Below, in pieces: positions 11,325 to 21,058 of a stretch of 64,000 nucleotides of DNA (positions are counted from its first letter, which is position 1; every line of letters starts with the position of its first letter). The stretch covers positions 32,001 through 96,000 of the forward strand of contig BTWA01000008.1 in the NCBI GenBank assembly GCA_045863295.1, in the 5' to 3' direction. The DNA is from Candidatus Hydrogenedentota bacterium. Its GTDB lineage: Bacteria; Hydrogenedentota; Hydrogenedentia; Hydrogenedentales; SLHB01. The notes beneath the pieces are model-generated. The model was not told where the DNA came from and did not search any database. It saw nothing but the letters and a program-made list of their open reading frames with translations. A program made the position numbers and the translations under genes.

Positions 11325-13442
11325 CTATTCCTTTTTCATCCGGACCAGGCCTTTGCCGTCGTGCCAGTTGTGGAAAGCGCCCGAGCCAAACAATCCCTCG
11401 ATGGCGTCGTCTTCGTGCAAGGCCGCGACGGCGGGCCTTGGCATGTCGGCATGAAGTACCGCGTCGTGGTTGCACACATCCCGGCACGCGCCGCATCCGA
11501 TGCATTGGTCATCGATGATGTAATGGATCCGATCGCGTACTCCGACGATGGCGTTCGTCGGGCATTTGGGCTTGCAGCTTCCACACCCTGTGCATGCATC
11601 GGCCTCGATGCGAAATGTGCGCAACTCGGTGCATACACCCGCGGGACACCGGCGCTCGTAGATATGCGCCTCGTACTCGTCCCGGAACCAACGCAACGTG
11701 CTCAACACGGGATTCGGCGCGGTCTGTCCGAGGCCGCACAAGCTCGTGTCTTTGATCACCTCGGCCAGCCGGGTCATGTACATGACGCTTTGAAAGCGCT
11801 GGAGGGCATCGTTGCCTTTTTCACCGCGCCGGCCGCGCGTAATGCGTTGCAGCGACTCCAGCAGACGAAGCGTGCCTTCGCGGCAAGGAATACACTTGCC
11901 GCAGCTCTCGCGCTGGATAAATTCCATGAAGAATTTGGCCACATCCACCATGCAGGTATCTTCGTCCATGACCACGAGACCGCCTGAGCCCATCATGGCC
12001 CCCACGGTTTTGATTGACTCGTAATCCACCTGGATGTCCATGTGCTGGTCGGGAATACACCCGCCGGAGGGCCCGCCGATCTGTACCGCCTTAAAGCGTT
12101 TTTCGTTCGGTATGCCACCGCCAATGTCGAACACCACCGAGCGCAGCGGGGTACCCATGGCCACTTCCACAAGGCCCGTTCGGACGACCTTGCCGGAAAG
12201 CGCGAATACCTTGGTGCCATTGCTCGTGGGCGTACCCAGCGCCGCAAAGGCCGCCCAACCGCGCCGCATCAGCCCAGGCAGGTTGGCCAGCGTTTCAACG
12301 TTGTTAATGATGGTGGGCTTGCCAAAAACACCCTGCACCGCAGGGAACGGCGGACGCGGACGCGGCATGCCGCGCTTGCCTTCGATGCTGTGAATCAGGG
12401 CGGTTTCCTCGCCGCATACAAACGCGCCCGCGCCTTTCTTGATCTTGATATGCAACGAGAAGCCGCTGTCCAGAATGTTCGTGCCCAGAAGGCCGTAGTC
12501 TTCGGCCTGTGCAATGGCCTGCCGGAGCCGTTTGATGGCAAGCGGATATTCGGCGCGGATGTACACGTACCCATGTCGTGCGGCGATGCCGTAGGCGGCT
12601 ATGGCCATACCTTCGATCATCCGGTGCGGGTCTCCCTCGATAACCGCACGATCCATGAACGCGCCAGGGTCCCCTTCGTCGGCGTTGCATACGATGTATT
12701 TATCGCCACTTTCCTGGGCCAGCGCGATCTTCCATTTCGTGCCCGTCGGAAATCCGCCGCCCCCCCTGCCGCGTAAACCGGCGCGTTCGACGTCGTCACA
12801 CACTTCAGCAGGCGTCTTCGTGCGCAAAATGTCCGCCAGCGTTCGGTATCCGCCTCGGGCAATGTACTCGTCGATTGAAATGGGATCGACGATGCCGCAA
12901 TGTTCCAACACCCATCGTGTCTGAGGTTTGAAGAACGGGTGTTCGTCCATAAAGGGAATCCCGTCCCACGCGTCGAGGCCATCCTGCCGGAATTGCCCCA
13001 ACACAAATTGGCTTGGCCCAACATCGCCCGTGAACACGCTCTCCAGCAATCCATCAACATCGGCGCCGGAGACGTGCTGAAAACTGATACGGGTCCGGCC
13101 CGGTACGTGGACATCCATGAGCGGCTCAGCGGAACAAAGACCGATGCACCCCACTTCTATGATTTCCGCGTCAATGCCCTTTCGCGCAAGGTACAGCTTG
13201 ACCGCCAACAACGTCTTAGCCGCGCCGGCGCCAAGACCGCATGTACCGGCCCCAACATACACAACCGTTTTCTTCAGGGTTTCCCGGCGCAGCCGTTTGG
13301 CTCGCTTCGTTTGTTTTTCGGTGCATTCCTGGTGGGTGTGGCATTTGGGACCTTCCACCAGGCATGCCAATACGTCGGGACAGGGCTTCTCGGACGAATG
13401 CCAGCAGTGGTTGCAGCAACGCGCGTCGGTCAGGGTGTTCAT
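11325..13442 (-). CDS. hydB: NuoF-like diaphorase subunit of trimeric hydrogenase (HydB/HndC)
   Basis: GLRGRGGGGFP, NADEGDPGAFMDR, CGEETAL, GGPSGG, ESCGKCIPCREG, C-terminal 2x4Fe-4S; ATGA overlap with upstream gene. Confidence 0.92.
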   Translation of the reverse strand: MNTLTDARCCNHCWHSSEKPCPDVLACLVEGPKCHTHQECTEKQTKRAKRLRRETLKKTVVYVGAGTCGLGAGAAKTLLAVKLYLARKGIDAEIIEVGCIGLCSAEPLMDVHVPGRTRISFQHVSGADVDGLLESVFTGDVGPSQFVLGQFRQDGLDAWDGIPFMDEHPFFKPQTRWVLEHCGIVDPISIDEYIARGGYRTLADILRTKTPAEVCDDVERAGLRGRGGGGFPTGTKWKIALAQESGDKYIVCNADEGDPGAFMDRAVIEGDPHRMIEGMAIAAYGIAARHGYVYIRAEYPLAIKRLRQAIAQAEDYGLLGTNILDSGFSLHIKIKKGAGAFVCGEETALIHSIEGKRGMPRPRPPFPAVQGVFGKPTIINNVETLANLPGLMRRGWAAFAALGTPTSNGTKVFALSGKVVRTGLVEVAMGTPLRSVVFDIGGGIPNEKRFKAVQIGGPSGGCIPDQHMDIQVDYESIKTVGAMMGSGGLVVMDEDTCMVDVAKFFMEFIQRESCGKCIPCREGTLRLLESLQRITRGRRGEKGNDALQRFQSVMYMTRLAEVIKDTSLCGLGQTAPNPVLSTLRWFRDEYEAHIYERRCPAGVCTELRTFRIEADACTGCGSCKPKCPTNAIVGVRDRIHYIIDDQCIGCGACRDVCNHDAVLHADMPRPAVAALHEDDAIEGLFGSGAFHNWHDGKGLVRMKKE

Positions 13443-13942
13443 GATTCCATCCCCGCTTCCTGCCAATCGGCCACCAGGTCCCGCACGCTCTTGGTCGTTA
13501 CTCCCGCGTGGAACTCGCCATTTTGAACAACCACCGGGGCCAGACCGCACGCCCCGACACACGCCACGACCTCAAGGCTGTATTGGCCGTCGCGACGGGT
13601 CTGGCCAGGTTCCACGCCGATTTCTTGTTTGAGCGCATCCAGCACACCAAGACTGCCCTTCACGTGACACGCGGTGCCCCGGCAGACTTGGTAATGGCAT
13701 TTACCCAGGGGTTGAAACCGGAATTGGTTGTAAAAGGTGGCGACGCCATAGATCTTTGAAGCGGGCAAATGAAGGTATTCGCTTATCGCGGCAATGGAAT
13801 CGCGCGAAAGGTAGCCTAGATGCTCTTGAACGTCCTGTAGGATCGGGATGAGGGAGGATCGATCCCCGGCCGGGTAGTCGTGCAGGATTTCGGTCAGTTC
13901 TTCAAGTAACGGGTCGTCGTCTGTGTCTGGTACTGCTTGCAT
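13439..13942 (-). CDS. hydC: NuoE-like 2Fe-2S subunit (HydC/HndA)
   Basis: GVATFYNQF, VCRGTACHVKG, CVGACGLAP. Confidence 0.92.
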   Translation of the reverse strand: MQAVPDTDDDPLLEELTEILHDYPAGDRSSLIPILQDVQEHLGYLSRDSIAAISEYLHLPASKIYGVATFYNQFRFQPLGKCHYQVCRGTACHVKGSLGVLDALKQEIGVEPGQTRRDGQYSLEVVACVGACGLAPVVVQNGEFHAGVTTKSVRDLVADWQEAGMES

Positions 13943-13946
13943 TGCC

Positions 13947-14582
13947 TTAGGTTCCCCCTTGAACCACGTCGTTGCGGGCAAAGTAAATCACCCGCTCAAG
14001 CGACATCGTTAAATCCACATCTTCCACATACACATGATCGGGCGCCCACAATCGCACGGGCGCGAAATTCAAAATCCCCCGGATGCCGGCCGCGTAGAGC
14101 CGTTGCGCGGCCGCCTGCGCCTCCGTCGCCGGCACCGCCACAATCGCGACGCCGATTCCCTGATCGCGGATGACGCTTTCCAACTCGTCGATGGCGTAAA
14201 CGGGGCAACCGTTAATGACACGGTTGGCCACGCTTTCGCTCACGTCAAATGCCGCCACTATCGAAAGCCGAGGGTTGCGCCCCACAAAGTAGGACAGCAG
14301 CGCCCGGCCCAGATTCCCCACCCCAACCAAGGCCACGCCATGAAACGCTTCCGCGTCCAGAAACTGGCCGATGCTGGTCATCAAGGCGTCCACGTCGTAT
14401 CCACGCACTGGACTGCCGGTGTATCCCAACGTCATGATGTCCCGTCTCACTTGAGCGGGCGTGCAGTTGGCCAGTGCTGCCAGCTCGTGTGAGTAGATCG
14501 CCTCTTTTCCTTCCTGTTTTTGCTGGTGGAGGATCCGGCGGTACAGGCTGAGGCGTCCGATGGTTTTGTCCGAAGCGACCAT
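13947..14582 (-). CDS. rex: Redox-sensing transcriptional repressor Rex
   Basis: RLSLYRR, QVRRD, GY, VGVGNLGRAL, GILNFAP. Confidence 0.93.
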   Translation of the reverse strand: MVASDKTIGRLSLYRRILHQQKQEGKEAIYSHELAALANCTPAQVRRDIMTLGYTGSPVRGYDVDALMTSIGQFLDAEAFHGVALVGVGNLGRALLSYFVGRNPRLSIVAAFDVSESVANRVINGCPVYAIDELESVIRDQGIGVAIVAVPATEAQAAAQRLYAAGIRGILNFAPVRLWAPDHVYVEDVDLTMSLERVIYFARNDVVQGGT

Positions 14583-14599
14583 GGGGGTGATCTCCGTCG

Positions 14600-14634
14600 T
14601 TGTGAGACATCTCACACTGTGAATCTGTTCACAG
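14600..14634. promoter_or_regulatory. Two abutting Rex operator palindromes
   Basis: TTGTGAGACATCTCACAC (14600-14617) and CTGTGAATCTGTTCACAG (14617-14634) versus Rex consensus TTGTGAA-N4-TTCACAA. Confidence 0.85.
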
Positions 14635-14636
14635 AA

Positions 14637-14665
14637 AGTGTATCATCTTTTCCGCACCGAGTCAA
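14637..14665 (-). promoter_or_regulatory. Sigma70-type promoter of the rex-hyd operon
   Basis: TTGACT-17bp-TACACT with an extended TG motif, directly upstream of the Rex boxes. Confidence 0.6.
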
Positions 14666-14741
14666 CTGCATGTTTTAATCGGATTTCTTCGAACCGCATA
14701 ATACCGGACAATGAAATACCCGAAAGTCAGGAGAGTACATC

Positions 14742-16475
14742 GTGTCCAACCGGATTTGGATGCCAAGCGTAGCGGCATTTGCGCTGTGTCAGGCCTGTGC
14801 CTGGGCCGCCTCCCCGCTGCACCTATACGAACTTTCAGGAACTCCGGACTCGCGGGCCTACGACGAAGCGATGGCCGTGGCTGGTCTTCAAGGCATAATG
14901 AACGCGAACTCCCCGGATCTCTATGTCGTTTCCAAGGGGAATGGGCGTTCCCTCGAATGGCTCAATCGGCTTCAAGAAGAAGGAAATTGGCTGTCGGGAC
15001 GCGAACGCGCACCAGTGCCGGATTTGGATTCGCTACGCGCACTTGCGGGGGAACGCATTGCGGGCGCAGTCATCTGGGACCCCGCCGTTCCCGCCACCAT
15101 CAACATCGCGACCACGATTGCCGGGGTGCGGAATGGAGTAGTGTTGAGTCCCGAGTTGGCCGATCAAGTGCTTGCCAAGTGGAACCTGCCCGTATTGGAA
15201 GATTTGAGGGGCCGCTTCGACGGCAGCGAGACGGGTAGTGCCAAGAACGATGCCTACCGGTGGGCTATTCGCGAATTTCTGGATACAGGGAAGTGCGAAT
15301 CGCATTTTCTGTGTTTGTTTGAAGATGCGGCCCAAGCGCGCGCGGGTGGAGGCATCGGTTACGTCGTGACCCGGGACTGGGCGGTAAAGAACAAAGCATT
15401 TGTCTTTGATCTTTCCCCGTGGGGCGACGAACCTCCGAAAGACGACCCCAATCAGAAACTGGGGACGGACCTTGAGACGTACCGCATGATTCTTGAAGCC
15501 ACGATGAAGAACGCAGCCGGCAGGCACATGACTGAACTCACGGGCTTCTTCCCCTTCTGGAAGTACAGCAACGTGCCGGGTTATTCAAGCAGCCATGAAC
15601 CTGTGCCCACGGAATGGGAATCGGTGTACGTCATGTCGCCTTATAATTGTTATCAGAATACGATATCCAGCGATTGTTACAACCAGTCGTTTCACAGCCA
15701 GGCCCCGTTCACGCCCCTGAAACAATCCCGTCCGGATTTGAAAACGACGATCGAGAAGAAAGCATACGTTTGCATTTTGATGGCGGACTACGACTCCGCC
15801 ACACCGCTGTACGACTTTCTGCCCAAACATTGGGCGGACCCCAAACGTGGCACGATTCCGCTGGCATGGGGTATCAATCCGAATTTGATTGAGACATATC
15901 CCGACGTCATTGCGCATTTCTACAAGACAGCCACGCCCAACGACCACTTCACGGCGGATGCCAGTGCGGCGGGGTATTTCAATCCCAATCGCATCCGGCC
16001 CGGGCAACTGCCTCTTTTCACAAAGCACAACAGACACTTCTTCGAGGCGACAGACATGACCATTGCTCCAATGGTGCTGGATTGGGATCAACCGAGCGAT
16101 GCCGTGAAAGACGCGTTCGCACAGTTCTCGCCGGATGGATTCGCCACAATTGTGATGGACATGCACGGCAACGGCGGCACCGTGCCGAAGCCGCAGGTGT
16201 GGAAAGGCATGCCCGTAACGGAACTTCTCAACAACACCTGCAACTTCGTGAATCCGCAACAGACCGCGAATGCAATGTACGGCGCGATCAAGGATCGCGG
16301 GACTCAACTGCCAGGTTTCTATTTTTTCCGCATCGTGTGGACACCGCCGTCAGCCATCATTGAAAGCCTGGATGCTTTCCGCAAAGACCATCCAGACATC
16401 CCCATCGAAGTGGTTGATCCCTACAACTTCTTCGCGCTATTCAAAATGCAATACGAAGACGCGAAATTGCCTTGA
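14742..16475 (+). CDS. Secreted GxGYxYP-family putative glycoside hydrolase
   Basis: Signal peptide; LQGIMN, IWDPAVPATINIATTIAG, SAAGYFNP resemble GxGYxYP family. Confidence 0.6.
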   Translation: MSNRIWMPSVAAFALCQACAWAASPLHLYELSGTPDSRAYDEAMAVAGLQGIMNANSPDLYVVSKGNGRSLEWLNRLQEEGNWLSGRERAPVPDLDSLRALAGERIAGAVIWDPAVPATINIATTIAGVRNGVVLSPELADQVLAKWNLPVLEDLRGRFDGSETGSAKNDAYRWAIREFLDTGKCESHFLCLFEDAAQARAGGGIGYVVTRDWAVKNKAFVFDLSPWGDEPPKDDPNQKLGTDLETYRMILEATMKNAAGRHMTELTGFFPFWKYSNVPGYSSSHEPVPTEWESVYVMSPYNCYQNTISSDCYNQSFHSQAPFTPLKQSRPDLKTTIEKKAYVCILMADYDSATPLYDFLPKHWADPKRGTIPLAWGINPNLIETYPDVIAHFYKTATPNDHFTADASAAGYFNPNRIRPGQLPLFTKHNRHFFEATDMTIAPMVLDWDQPSDAVKDAFAQFSPDGFATIVMDMHGNGGTVPKPQVWKGMPVTELLNNTCNFVNPQQTANAMYGAIKDRGTQLPGFYFFRIVWTPPSAIIESLDAFRKDHPDIPIEVVDPYNFFALFKMQYEDAKLP

Positions 16476-16571
16476 TCTGGCGTGCGAGGATGTCACCTTC
16501 GATTCGCCGCGGGGAACCAATTTCCGGCTGAGCTTCCGCTGCATTCGTCTTCACGGTGCCGCCTACCGGGG

Positions 16572-17564
16572 TCAACGTTCTCCCGCCCGGAACGCCCCTG
16601 CCTTGCTTACCAACGCACTGCCGGACGACGTACTCACCCGAGAGAATTCGCGAGCCCACATTTCCGGCGGACAGTTCAGGCCTTTTTCGCTAAACAGGGC
16701 CGGATCAATCGGCGGGTTCAGATTCACCGAGTCGATTGTATAGGTATAGTTGAAACCGCCACCGCGCTCTCCCCTCTCCACGCGTGCGAACCGTTTGGGA
16801 AACCAGATTCCGGGTTCGACTTCGTCAAACTCAGCCAGAAGTTGAAAGAATGCGTCTCCCTGAACGTGCAGCGTTTGCTTTTCGCACAGGTAACCCTTGC
16901 GTGGGTTTACTTCAAGGGTCCGGTGCTTCCACGGTTTCTCTCCCGTTGTCCAGACTTCGATAGTGATCACGGGATCTCCTGCCGGATTTACAGACTCGAC
17001 AGCTTCATATCGATAGTCTCTGCCTGCTCGTCGAAAGTGCGCCAGGGGCAACGCAACGACGCGCGCGTCAGCGTGGTCGCAGGCATCATCAAATGCGGGT
17101 GCTTCTGGGTTTGTGTTTCCTTCCACGAATAGCAGGTCCTGATGGATACCTGCATTGTCTATGAATGTGGCCGCGAATTGCGCCGTGCGAACCCCAAACG
17201 TATCCGTGGGCGATGACGCGCCGCCGCGTGTCGTGGAACCGCGCATCGCTACATGCAAGTTTGCGTCATCCACAACACACCGGATGGTTCCCTCGCGCCG
17301 TGTCGCATCAACGACATTTACCATGGAATGGATGTCGTATGTTCCCGTGTACTCGTATTTCTCCAATGCATCCCACGCAGCATCTTGATTTGACTGCACC
17401 AGCGCAACAAGATCAACGGGCTCGGGGACGGCATTGCGCCAAAACAGAATGGGCGCGACAAGGACTGCCGCAATGCCAATCAGAGGTAGAACTATCGTCC
17501 AACGAACAGCCCCTTGGGATTCTGTCGTACTCATGGCGGGCAAGTCGTTCCATCCGATTCTCAA
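16572..17564 (-). CDS. Hypothetical membrane-anchored exported protein
   Basis: Single N-terminal TM helix; co-oriented downstream of the M56 gene. Confidence 0.55.
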   Translation of the reverse strand: MRIGWNDLPAMSTTESQGAVRWTIVLPLIGIAAVLVAPILFWRNAVPEPVDLVALVQSNQDAAWDALEKYEYTGTYDIHSMVNVVDATRREGTIRCVVDDANLHVAMRGSTTRGGASSPTDTFGVRTAQFAATFIDNAGIHQDLLFVEGNTNPEAPAFDDACDHADARVVALPLAHFRRAGRDYRYEAVESVNPAGDPVITIEVWTTGEKPWKHRTLEVNPRKGYLCEKQTLHVQGDAFFQLLAEFDEVEPGIWFPKRFARVERGERGGGFNYTYTIDSVNLNPPIDPALFSEKGLNCPPEMWAREFSRVSTSSGSALVSKAGAFRAGER

Positions 17565-17570
17565 ACGTTT

Positions 17571-20552
17571 TCACGATTCGTTCGTTGCATCGGTCGCAGG
17601 ATCCTTATGCACGAAAAACCAGCCGTACGCTAGATTGTTTTCTTTCTGAATATACGGCATATAGCCCATGTACTCCTGTTTGGGCTCAAAAGGGTCCAGA
17701 CGCGATAGTTTGTGCTCGGATTCCATCTCGTCCAGTCTCGACGAAACGTCCCGAATCCCAAAGGCGTTTTCATTTTCCGCCAAGTACGCCATGGACAATT
17801 GCTTCCCTGTTCCCGGCTCACGCAGAGGGGGATTGTCTTTCCATAGCTCCGACATAATGAGTTTCTTGGCGTCGTCAATATCTAATCCAAGGTCCATGCG
17901 ATACCACCGCGTTTCCATATTCTCAAAGGACTCGTGGCGCGCATTCTCTTCCGAAGTGATCCATATGAATTCCGGTTCGAGTTTGTACACCAGGTTCAAC
18001 GGACGCAGCACCGCTGCCAGTACATCACCCAAAGGAGTATTGTCTAGTTTTACGTGAGGTACGAAGCCGTTGGTCAGATAGGTGGCCGAGGGATCGTAGT
18101 CGCGCACAGGCCGTACAACGCGGTTGTCCACCACGATGTTCAAGTCCGCGTAAGAAGCGATTTGTTCCGCTACGCTGGCGATGTGCGTGTCCTCCAACTC
18201 CAGGCTGATCCTTTCCCGCAACTTTTCTTCCAGATATGCCTTGCCATGGTCTTTGCGCGGAGCACTGTCGGGAACACTCTCCGCCGGAGGCGCCGGGGCT
18301 GATGGTTCGGCCGGTTGATCATCAGGGAACTTCGCCTCGGGCAAAGTGGGCGGGTCGATAGCACTGGCCGGTGGATCGGCCAACGGAGGCAGGGCTGGGG
18401 CCAAAGGCTCGCCAAACGGGTCGGCCTCGGACGATTCCCTAAGAGGCTTTAACTGTGGAACTCCCGGAACCCTTCCGGCTCCAGGCTGTGGGAAGACCAG
18501 CTGCGGGTGCGGCATGCCACCTGGAACCATATTCGGCTTGCCAACCGCCGAACTGCGGACAAACGCCTCTGCCAGCGGTTCGCGCTCGCTGCCGGGGCCT
18601 TGCCAGTTCTGTGTGCCAATTTCCGCGATGAGTCCTTCAACATCAAGGAGTCGCGGGCTGGAAATAAACAGGAATCCCGGACGAATCGCATAGTCAAGCC
18701 GCATGGGGCGCAGCAATGCTTCCAACGCGCTGGCAACAGACACCTCCTTCAGTTGAATGCTGTCGACAATGCCGTCGCTGACAAAACCGGCCTCCCATAA
18801 ATCCTGCGGCGCTACATGTTCCATGTTAGGCGCGACGCCCGGTGCTATCAGTTCCGCCGGACACACCGCGCGGCTGTCGATCACGACGTTAATGCCCGTC
18901 TCTTCCCCAATAAACTCCGCAATCTTTGACAGCCGCATGACCGCGGGAAACTCCAGCGAAATGGCCCGCGCCAGCTTTTCCGCCAGGTCTGGGTCTACAG
19001 GTGCGGGTCTTGGGAGCGGAGCGAGCATGGGTACATCATCGCGGTGGACCACTTGCTGCTCGATCACGTACGTTTGCGGGGAATTCACAACCAATAGGTC
19101 ATCCTCAACGGGCTCTCGGGGAACACTTTCCGATGATTGCACCACTATGCTCGTTTCTACTACGTCGCCCGCGCGCGGTGGATCCACAGGCTCAACCTGC
19201 ACGGAGATTACATTGGGATCGCGCTGAACCGGAGCAACGTGCACCTCAACCACATCGGCACGCGTCGCGCTGGAAGGAATGAACTCAGATGCTTCAGGCA
19301 CGGCATCCTGCGGTGCCGCCGCCTGGTCTGGCGCGTTGGTCAGACCGACAAAAGCCAACGCGCACGTCACGCACATCGCCGCCACGGACCAACCGCGACG
19401 CGGTCGGGAAAAGCCTGCAATCATGGCGATTCTCCTTTTCAGGTGTTGCTTATCCTCAAGAATGCCCACGGCGCCGGGGACTGCCCGCATCCGATGCCCG
19501 GATTCAAACAGACTCACGATGGTAAGCCCATATTCGCTTACTTCCTCCTCGCTGAGATAGCGCAAGGCCAGCGCATCGCATGCGACTTCCCGATCCGCCC
19601 GCATCCGGTAAAAGGCATACCAAATCACGGGATTGAACCAATGCAGCGTCTGCAACAACGTGATAATCCAGTTGACGGGTATGTCCCAACGCTTGAAATG
19701 GGCAAGCTCATGCAGGATGACGTAGCGAAGACGGTTGCCATTGGCGGGGTCGAGAAACTCCCGCGGTACGAGCAATCGCGGGCGCAGGAACCCAAACAGG
19801 GCCGGCCCCCCTCGGAGATCCGACGCAATAAGGGCCACGGGCGACGCGATCTGCATTTGTGCCTTGCACCGTTCCAGTATCCTGAGCGCGGCTGGATCGG
19901 TCACGACCGGCTGCCGCCGTACCCCGCGCAAGAGGTGCATATTGGCAGCCAGCATAAGCAGGGCAAGCAACGCGGCGCCTGCCAGCCAGACCGCGGGAAC
20001 CACCTTGAATAAGGCATTCAGAGTCCATGACTCGCGCGCCGGAGGGAGCGGCGAATCCGCGGGAAGCGTGGCCGCTGGCGCTGGTGCGGCCACTTCAGAA
20101 CGCAACACGGGAGGTTCCGGATCGAACCGTGGTGCGGGGGCCACGGCGGGCTCCAACGTCGTAACCGAAACAGACTCGCTGGTGAATAGCTCAGACCTGC
20201 CGAGGGGCATCGCCGAATCCGCTTCCAACTCGTTGATCGGAAGGGTCCCGTGGAGCGGCAATAGTTCGGTGTCATTCCGTTCCGTGTCGAATCGCGGAAC
20301 GAGTGACGCGTACTCGCGGATCGTTTCCGCCGACGGTATCCAGTTGTACACGCTCCAAGGGTTCTCCATGCCCGATGGCATGACCAGTCGCAACGGCACG
20401 AGAAACCATAGCGCGAACACCCACCGGGGCGGCATCTGTTTGCGGGCCAACCCCTGCACCGCCAGCACGGCCACCACCATCAATGCCGCCCGCCACGAAT
20501 TCGACAGGGTCCACTCGAACGCGGCCGAAATCCAGTCCAGCGAATGGCTCAT
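17571..20552 (-). CDS. BlaR1/MecR1-type M56 peptidase with two secretin-N (STN-like) domains
   Basis: HELAHFKRWD, HWFNP, DREVACD, LKRRIAMI; two repeated ISLE...LNIVVD...LLRP..LDY domains. Confidence 0.85.
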   Translation of the reverse strand: MSHSLDWISAAFEWTLSNSWRAALMVVAVLAVQGLARKQMPPRWVFALWFLVPLRLVMPSGMENPWSVYNWIPSAETIREYASLVPRFDTERNDTELLPLHGTLPINELEADSAMPLGRSELFTSESVSVTTLEPAVAPAPRFDPEPPVLRSEVAAPAPAATLPADSPLPPARESWTLNALFKVVPAVWLAGAALLALLMLAANMHLLRGVRRQPVVTDPAALRILERCKAQMQIASPVALIASDLRGGPALFGFLRPRLLVPREFLDPANGNRLRYVILHELAHFKRWDIPVNWIITLLQTLHWFNPVIWYAFYRMRADREVACDALALRYLSEEEVSEYGLTIVSLFESGHRMRAVPGAVGILEDKQHLKRRIAMIAGFSRPRRGWSVAAMCVTCALAFVGLTNAPDQAAAPQDAVPEASEFIPSSATRADVVEVHVAPVQRDPNVISVQVEPVDPPRAGDVVETSIVVQSSESVPREPVEDDLLVVNSPQTYVIEQQVVHRDDVPMLAPLPRPAPVDPDLAEKLARAISLEFPAVMRLSKIAEFIGEETGINVVIDSRAVCPAELIAPGVAPNMEHVAPQDLWEAGFVSDGIVDSIQLKEVSVASALEALLRPMRLDYAIRPGFLFISSPRLLDVEGLIAEIGTQNWQGPGSEREPLAEAFVRSSAVGKPNMVPGGMPHPQLVFPQPGAGRVPGVPQLKPLRESSEADPFGEPLAPALPPLADPPASAIDPPTLPEAKFPDDQPAEPSAPAPPAESVPDSAPRKDHGKAYLEEKLRERISLELEDTHIASVAEQIASYADLNIVVDNRVVRPVRDYDPSATYLTNGFVPHVKLDNTPLGDVLAAVLRPLNLVYKLEPEFIWITSEENARHESFENMETRWYRMDLGLDIDDAKKLIMSELWKDNPPLREPGTGKQLSMAYLAENENAFGIRDVSSRLDEMESEHKLSRLDPFEPKQEYMGYMPYIQKENNLAYGWFFVHKDPATDATNES

Positions 20553-20929
20553 GATCGCTTTCCCTTCTTGTCGAGCAACCGTTTGAGTTCATCAATCTCT
20601 TGCGGAGACAGTCGCGTCTCCTTAATCAGATGGACCATCATGGGAGTGAGTGCGCCCCCGTATACGCGCTCCAGCAGGGATCGGCTTTCGGCACGCGCGC
20701 AGACCTCCTCGGTTACCGCCGGAGAGTAATAAAAAGTGCGGCCGTCCGCTTCGTATTTCACCGCGCCTTTTTTCACCAGCCGGTTCAGCAGCGACTTCAC
20801 GGTGCGCGGCATCCAGTTGTTGTCATCGGGTACGGCATCGACAATTTCACCGGCCGTGCGAGGCGACTTTTCCCAGAGCACGCGCATGACTTCCCATTCG
20901 GCCTCGGATATTTTCGGAACGTTGGACAT
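20549..20929 (-). CDS. BlaI/MecI/CopY family repressor
   Basis: ISEAEWEVMRVLW, TVKSLLNRLVKKG; GGAGG RBS; ATGA overlap with the M56 gene. Confidence 0.92.
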   Translation of the reverse strand: MSNVPKISEAEWEVMRVLWEKSPRTAGEIVDAVPDDNNWMPRTVKSLLNRLVKKGAVKYEADGRTFYYSPAVTEEVCARAESRSLLERVYGGALTPMMVHLIKETRLSPQEIDELKRLLDKKGKRS

Positions 20930-20943
20930 GAGAACCTCCAAAA

Positions 20944-20984
20944 ATGATTACGCCCGTAGTCATAATGATTACACACGTCGTCAT
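20944..20984. promoter_or_regulatory. Tandem palindromic operators for the BlaI-like repressor
   Basis: ATGATTACGCCCGTAGTCAT (20944-20963) and ATGATTACACACGTCGTCAT (20965-20984); minus-strand TTGACA at 20993-20988. Confidence 0.65.
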
Positions 20985-21058
20985 GGCTGTCAAGAAGTCT
21001 TTTTGGGGCAAACCCCACCGCCTAAGTGCGCGAAAGCGGAAGCGGGATGCTGCCGTGC

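Noticed and set aside
579..13632. Long antisense ORFs (579-1769, 3405-4946, 5178-6803, 9627-10964, 11004-11987)
   Set aside because: Shadows of well-supported genes on the opposite strand in GC-rich DNA; no motifs
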